The notes under the pieces are model-generated. The model was not told where the DNA came from and ran no database searches. It worked only from the letters and a program-made list of their open reading frames with translations. Made by a program: the position numbers and the translations under genes. Shown here in pieces: positions 58,902-64,000 of a stretch of DNA of 64,000 nt. Location: positions 1 through 64,000 of the forward strand of contig CAVOVB010000008.1 in NCBI GenBank assembly GCA_963699755.1, written 5' to 3'. This DNA is from an uncultured delta proteobacterium (GTDB lineage: Bacteria > Myxococcota_A > Polyangia > Polyangiales > Houyiibacteriaceae). Each line of letters starts with the position of its first letter. Position 1 is the stretch's first letter.

Positions 58902-60888
58902 GTTGAAGCCGGCACTGGATGCGCCGTAGCTGCGCCTGCTCCCAGCGCTCCAGCTCGCCTCGAGCTTGTCGTCGGGCGTTCTGATCTGACGACTCGACAC
59001 CCGGATCCTCGTGGGGATTGCTTTGGTGGTCGTAGAAGAACGTCGCGTCGGCGCCGCGATGATGGATTAGGCGATACCGGTCGCCGCTGATCCCGCCCTT
59101 GGGCTCGTATCCTTTGCTCGAGACGCGAATGCTGCGCAGCCTTGCGCGAATCGTCGCATCGTCGAGCGCGGGTAGACGAAAGCTATCGAAAAGCTGCCGT
59201 CCGCGCACGGGGAACGCTTCGGAAAAGGTTGCGCGGTCCGCTTGGTTCGGATCCAACGTGAAGACGCTCTGCGCGGCGATGTCCGAGGGCAGGGGGAGTC
59301 CGAGAAAATGCAAGACGCTCGGCGCGACGTCGGCAAGCCCGACGCCCACCTGAGGCTCCGCAGGCGCGAACGCCGCGTGCCAGAGCACTAGCGGAACGTC
59401 GACCATCCACGCGTTCAAATAGACGTGATGTCCCCAATAGGAGCTCTCCCCCAATGCTTCGCCGTGATCCGAGAAGAAGATTACCAGGCTGTCATCGAGC
59501 CATCCGTCTTCTTCTAAGTATTCCATCAGGCGGCCGAGCTGCTGATCGAAATAGGCGACCTCACTGAGGTATGCGTTCTTCCTTCCGCTCCCGAACGGAA
59601 ATGCCTGATGCGGCTCATATGGGTCGTGAGGCGAGTAGTAGTGGACCCAGGTCATGACCGAGGCATCGGCTTGGCGCGCGAGTCGGAGGTGTGTGACCAG
59701 CACGTCGGTGGCGTCGGCGTCCGTCTCTGCGTACACGGTTTCAACACCAGGAGCGAGGAACTGCTCTACGATCGGAAGACGAAACCAACCGACCTCTGGC
59801 AGGATGGCGAGTTGCCGGTCGACGTGTGCGCGAGCGCGGGTGAAGATGGTTTCGGGCAAGGACGGCGAGAGGTAGAGCTCCGCTGGACTCAGTCCGGTGA
59901 ACGCGCTGCCCATGGCAAAGAGGGTTGCTGGATAGGTCGAGGTCGCGTTGCTGAATGACACCCCCCTTGCGGCGAGTCGCGAGAGCTCCGGGGTCACGGG
60001 ACGTCCAGCGACTTCCGTGCCCACGACGTCTTTCCGCAGGGCGTCGACGGTGATGATGATCACGTTGCGGCGCCCGGCCGGCGGGATGCCAATCGGCGTG
60101 TCCTCGATGACGGGTGTCGTCTCCCCACAGCCGGCGTCGCTGCCGAACCAACTCGCGTCGCCGCCAACATGAGGAAGTACGTACAAGGTCGCAAGCGCAC
60201 CGGGCCGGCTCTGCGCGATCACTTCGCGTTGACCGGTCGCGACCAGCGATGGCGATAGGCGCGTTCCAGCGCCGAAGAGCAAGCATGCCAATGCAAGACC
60301 GAGTGAGATGCGTGGCTCGGGCGACTCGCGAAGGAGCAGGTAGATTATTCCGCTAACCAGAAGTCCCGCGGGAAAGACGAGCTGTGCCGTCGAGTAGTCG
60401 TAGGCGCGATAGCGGAAGATCGCAGCGGTGAGCAGAGCGACAGCGGCCAAACTGACGGCGATCCACCCCGCCGTGGCAAGTCGGCCACGCACACGGGCGC
60501 CAAGAATCAGCCAGTCCCAGCACGCTCCGGCGAGCAAGCCGAGCGCGACCAGCATCGACAGCCACAGAAGTCCGCCCCGCTGCTGATCGAGCCACTGCGG
60601 TCCGGAGAGCAGGAAGTCGACGTGATCCGCGCCAACGGCCATCGTCGATACGAGCACTGCAAGAGTGGATGCCACGATCACGGACCGCGAGGCGCGAGCG
60701 GACCGATAGCTTGCGGCCAAAGCCAGGGTCGTCGGTATCGAGCCGATGAGCGCGAGCCAGGCAAGCTGGGCGAGCAACCCGATCGAAACACTGCCGCGGG
60801 GGAGCAGACTGGCCAGCAAGAAGAAGGCGGAGCCGAGGTAGGCCGAAGACCAGAGAGTCAGTATCGGGGCAAGCGACCTATTGGGCAT
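58864..60888 (-). CDS. Sulfatase-like membrane hydrolase/transferase
   Basis: TM bundle, RNVIIITVDALR, TPEL, HYYSPHDPY, FSDHGE, VPLVLW. Confidence 0.85.
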   Translation of the reverse strand: MPNRSLAPILTLWSSAYLGSAFFLLASLLPRGSVSIGLLAQLAWLALIGSIPTTLALAASYRSARASRSVIVASTLAVLVSTMAVGADHVDFLLSGPQWLDQQRGGLLWLSMLVALGLLAGACWDWLILGARVRGRLATAGWIAVSLAAVALLTAAIFRYRAYDYSTAQLVFPAGLLVSGIIYLLLRESPEPRISLGLALACLLFGAGTRLSPSLVATGQREVIAQSRPGALATLYVLPHVGGDASWFGSDAGCGETTPVIEDTPIGIPPAGRRNVIIITVDALRKDVVGTEVAGRPVTPELSRLAARGVSFSNATSTYPATLFAMGSAFTGLSPAELYLSPSLPETIFTRARAHVDRQLAILPEVGWFRLPIVEQFLAPGVETVYAETDADATDVLVTHLRLARQADASVMTWVHYYSPHDPYEPHQAFPFGSGRKNAYLSEVAYFDQQLGRLMEYLEEDGWLDDSLVIFFSDHGEALGESSYWGHHVYLNAWMVDVPLVLWHAAFAPAEPQVGVGLADVAPSVLHFLGLPLPSDIAAQSVFTLDPNQADRATFSEAFPVRGRQLFDSFRLPALDDATIRARLRSIRVSSKGYEPKGGISGDRYRLIHHRGADATFFYDHQSNPHEDPGVESSDQNARRQARGELERWEQAQLRRIQCRLQLSDDRPGTTRRE

Positions 60889-62584
60889 CGAGCTCCGCTA
60901 CCTTTTCATCGAGAGACTGCTCGACTCCAATCATCCGTCGCGCTCTCATGGGCGGCTCGAACGCGCTGTGCAGAAGCCGCCACTGGGGACTGTACTCAAC
61001 CGGGGTAAGGCCCCAGACCTCTATGTCACGGCCCTCATGCCGCAGGTCCAGCATGAAGTAGTCGCCGAACTGCCGGTACGGATGACGCGACGCGAACGCT
61101 GCCCGCGCCTCTTCGGGGAACGCGTCGACTGTCGCGATGAACACCCAGCCCGTCGCTCCTTGCTCATTTGGAATCTCTGCGCGCGGGCTTTGTGACCAGC
61201 GGTGGGTTACCCGGTCGAGCGTGATGTCGAACCGGGGCTCGAGACGAAGTGGCTTGAGGCTCGTGTGGAGTTGGACGCCCGTCTCGCGATCGGTCCAAGC
61301 CTTGACGCGCCGGGCGAAGCGGAGCTCGGGGCGACCGGAGTCGTACTCTTCGATCCTGCCCCGGACTGGGGTGAAGAACCACATCGACCCGCCCACATAG
61401 CGCCCCGTCGGAACGATTTGAACGACGCGAATCACGAGGGGAACCAGCAAGAGAAGGACGGAGAAGCTCGACACCAGCCCGGCGCGCGCGCGAATCCAGC
61501 GGGCTGTTTCGAAGAGCGAGGTCGTGACGGCGATCGCGACCGCGGGGAGCACGGGCCATGCCCAGTAGGAATGCACGATGGCGCTCCAGCGAAACGTCCA
61601 GTAGTGCACCATCCCGGCGAACAGAAATGCGACCGGGATCAAGTCACGTACCCTTGCGGTGCCGCGAACCACACGGATGACCCAGAATGCGACCCAGGCG
61701 AGGCACAGCGCGAGAATCGGTGCCGTGAACATCAGCTCCGGGACGACGAGCAAATGTGTTCGAAACCGAGTCCATGAGAGGGCCCTGCGGGAATTGAACG
61801 CTCCTCGGAGATCATCGAGATTCCCAGCGACCCATTGCACCAAGACGAAGTGCCCCACGAACAAGAGCAGAACCCAAGCGCAGAATACGAGCAGCTGCTG
61901 TCCCGACCCGCTGGCCTGCTCCCGGCTGCGGGGGCTGTAGAGGGTCCAGAGCCAATGAACCGCGATGGCGAAGGCGATGTAATACGCCGGCCAGTCCCAG
62001 GTGGCTGCAATCGCGAAGCTGACGAGAAAGAAGGAGAAGCTCGAGGCGCGCCAGGCTGGAGCGCGGCTCGCGCGGACGTAGAGATAGAGCGCGAGCAGGC
62101 TCCAGAAGATGAAGCCAGCCGAGTGGTTGGCCATGTTCGTATAGATAGCGTTGATCGGTAGCGCGACATAGATCGCCGAGGCGGCGAGGGCATGCCCGTC
62201 GTCCCAGAGTCGCCTCACTACCATGAAGAGCATGCAGAGAGCAGCCACGCTCCAGAAGCCCGCCACGAGGCGGATCGAAAGCTCACGGTCGCCGAACAGC
62301 TTCAGGCTAACGACGTCGTTCAGGTGCAAAGCGAGCGGCGCGTGTGTATAGAGCTGTTGCGGGTCCGGCGGGCGGTTGGCCGTCTCATACTGGAGCGGGA
62401 AAAGAACCCCCCAACGCAAGGTGTTCCGGGCGGCGTTGTGGTAGGCAGCACCGTTCCAACCGTTGTGGCCGCGCGTCCATTGATCGGCCACACCCAACAC
62501 CGCCAGGAAGACCTGCAGCGCGAGCAAAATGGCAAAGGCGATGCGAACCGGCCTTCGCCCGTCGCCGACGCGATCAGGCCTCAT
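60878..62584 (-). CDS. GT-C fold glycosyltransferase (ArnT/PMT-like)
   Basis: YTHAPL, LFGDRELSIRL, many TM helices, DWPAYY. Confidence 0.8.
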   Translation of the reverse strand: MRPDRVGDGRRPVRIAFAILLALQVFLAVLGVADQWTRGHNGWNGAAYHNAARNTLRWGVLFPLQYETANRPPDPQQLYTHAPLALHLNDVVSLKLFGDRELSIRLVAGFWSVAALCMLFMVVRRLWDDGHALAASAIYVALPINAIYTNMANHSAGFIFWSLLALYLYVRASRAPAWRASSFSFFLVSFAIAATWDWPAYYIAFAIAVHWLWTLYSPRSREQASGSGQQLLVFCAWVLLLFVGHFVLVQWVAGNLDDLRGAFNSRRALSWTRFRTHLLVVPELMFTAPILALCLAWVAFWVIRVVRGTARVRDLIPVAFLFAGMVHYWTFRWSAIVHSYWAWPVLPAVAIAVTTSLFETARWIRARAGLVSSFSVLLLLVPLVIRVVQIVPTGRYVGGSMWFFTPVRGRIEEYDSGRPELRFARRVKAWTDRETGVQLHTSLKPLRLEPRFDITLDRVTHRWSQSPRAEIPNEQGATGWVFIATVDAFPEEARAAFASRHPYRQFGDYFMLDLRHEGRDIEVWGLTPVEYSPQWRLLHSAFEPPMRARRMIGVEQSLDEKVAELDAQ

Positions 62585-62617
62585 ATCGGGGCAGTATGGC
62601 GCCTTGGGCCCTATGCG

Positions 62618-64000
62618 TCAGCTTTCGAGAAGCCTACGCGCAACGACATGTGCCTGAATCTCGTTGGCACCCTCGAAGATGCTGAGGACTCGCGCATCAA
62701 CCAGGAGCCGGGAGGCGACGTACTCTTCGGCATATCCGTTTCCACCATGAATTTGCACATTCGCATCGGCGGACTCCCATGCAGAGCGGGTCGCCAAGAG
62801 CTTTGCCATGCCCGCTTCGAGGTCACAGCGCTTCTCTTGGTCCTTCTCGCGGGCGCTGAAGTAGGTGAGCTGCCGGCCCGCCTCGATGCGGCAGATCATG
62901 CGGCCAATCTTCCGAGCGACACGCGGGAACTGGAAAATCGGTCCGCCGAACTGCTCGCGCTCGGTCGCGTAGAGGATCGCATCCTCGAGTGCGGCCTGTG
63001 CCACGCCGACACCGCGCGCCGCGGTCTGAATGCGCGCGCTTTCGAAGGTGCGCATCAGTTGCTTGAACCCCGCGCCCTCTTCTCCGCCCAGCAGCGAATC
63101 GGCGGGGAGCTCGAAGTCTTCGAAGCCGAGCTCGTACTCCTTCATACCTCGATAGCCGAGCACCTTGATCTCGGTCCCGGTCAGGCCCTCGTCGACGAAT
63201 TCCGCTTCGCCGTCATCGCCAGTGCGACGCGTCTTTTCGGCGAGGAACATCGACAGGCCTTTATAGCCAGGTTCGTCCGTGTTGGTGCGAGCGAGCAGGG
63301 TCATCAGATCGGCGCGGACCGCATGTGTGATCCAGGTCTTCGATCCATTAACCACGTAGCTGCCGTCGTTCTGCTTCACGGCCCGAGTTCCGAGGTGGGC
63401 GAGATCGGAGCCGGTGTTGGGCTCGGTGAATACCGCCGTGGAAAGGACTTCACCCGCAGCGAGCTTCGGGAGCCACTTCTTCTTCTGCTCCTCGGTGCCG
63501 CCGCCCATGATCAGCTCCGCAGCGATTTCGGAGCGCGTGCCGAGCGAGCCAACCCCGATGTACCCGCGCGAGAGCTCCTCCGTGACGACGCACATCGCGA
63601 CCTTGCTCATTCCGAGTCCGTCGTACTCCTCGGGGATGGTGAGCCCGAAGACACCGAGCTCGCTCATCTGGTCGATGATGTCCATGGGGATGAGGATGTC
63701 GTTCCGGTGGATGTCCTGCGCGCGCGGAATGACCTCTACATCCACGAACTTCGAGAACTGCGAGCGGATCTCGTCGAGCATCTCGTCGCCGAGGCCCGGA
63801 TTCGGAAATCCGTGATCCCGGGCGTGCTCCGCGAGCTCGAGGTAGACTCGGCTGTTCGAGTGCTCGTCGGAGAACGCGGTGACATCGGGCTGAAGAAGCG
63901 TTTCCCGCAGGTCCCCCTGGCTGATGCCGAGCTCGCTGAGGCTAATGTTTTCGCAGGCTCCGAGGTCTATGCCGCCGACGACCGTGCGCGCGACCTCGCC
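62618..64000 (-). CDS. mcd: (2S)-methylsuccinyl-CoA dehydrogenase-like acyl-CoA dehydrogenase, 5' end beyond the window
   Basis: EELSRGYIGVGSLGTRSEIAAELI, TAVFTEPNTGSDL, VLGYRGMKEYE, FESARIQTAAR, IFEGA; frame stays open to the window edge, giving the N-terminal extension typical of Mcd. Confidence 0.8.
   Translation of the reverse strand, partial: GEVARTVVGGIDLGACENISLSELGISQGDLRETLLQPDVTAFSDEHSNSRVYLELAEHARDHGFPNPGLGDEMLDEIRSQFSKFVDVEVIPRAQDIHRNDILIPMDIIDQMSELGVFGLTIPEEYDGLGMSKVAMCVVTEELSRGYIGVGSLGTRSEIAAELIMGGGTEEQKKKWLPKLAAGEVLSTAVFTEPNTGSDLAHLGTRAVKQNDGSYVVNGSKTWITHAVRADLMTLLARTNTDEPGYKGLSMFLAEKTRRTGDDGEAEFVDEGLTGTEIKVLGYRGMKEYELGFEDFELPADSLLGGEEGAGFKQLMRTFESARIQTAARGVGVAQAALEDAILYATEREQFGGPIFQFPRVARKIGRMICRIEAGRQLTYFSAREKDQEKRCDLEAGMAKLLATRSAWESADANVQIHGGNGYAEEYVASRLLVDARVLSIFEGANEIQAHVVARRLLES

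Noticed and set aside
12242..62193. Many long antisense ORFs (e.g. 16202..17938, 46326..47714, 57060..59000)
   Set aside because: Typical high-GC shadow frames opposite well-supported genes, with no domain motifs.

Overview
High-GC window from a myxobacterium (Myxococcota, probably Polyangiales-like, inferred from a MYXO-CTERM/Cys-rich surface protein, a Hanks kinase and giant TPR proteins). Positions 1-5750 are the right end of an integrative mobilizable element inserted at the 3' end of tmRNA (ssrA). It carries an integrase, an excisionase and an RP4-like traK/oriT/traJ/traI relaxosome, with nitroreductase and rhodanese cargo. At least five frameshifts cluster in the first 4.3 kb. The rest is mostly housekeeping: sspB, clpP, argE, argA, HelD-like and SWIM-SNF2 ATPases, engB, murJ, hslO, an IDH-family dehydrogenase, rpsT, holA, a Clp ATPase, nadD and mcd. 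Three items stand out. (1) An unannotated ~145-nt sigma54-driven candidate sRNA (7741-7885, minus) has three hairpins, each with a CCCCCC loop, resembling Myxococcus Pxr in architecture. (2) A surface receptor with 16 plant-type LRRs, an Ig-like domain, Cys-rich repeats and MYXO-CTERM lies divergent from a TraB-like beta-barrel/TSP3/OmpA gene and next to a membrane Ser/Thr kinase; this is a candidate LRR-based TraAB-like cell-recognition system. (3) A mauBEDA-cytochrome c TTQ amine dehydrogenase operon has no mauG or amicyanin. All family assignments come from motif recognition by eye; no searches were run.
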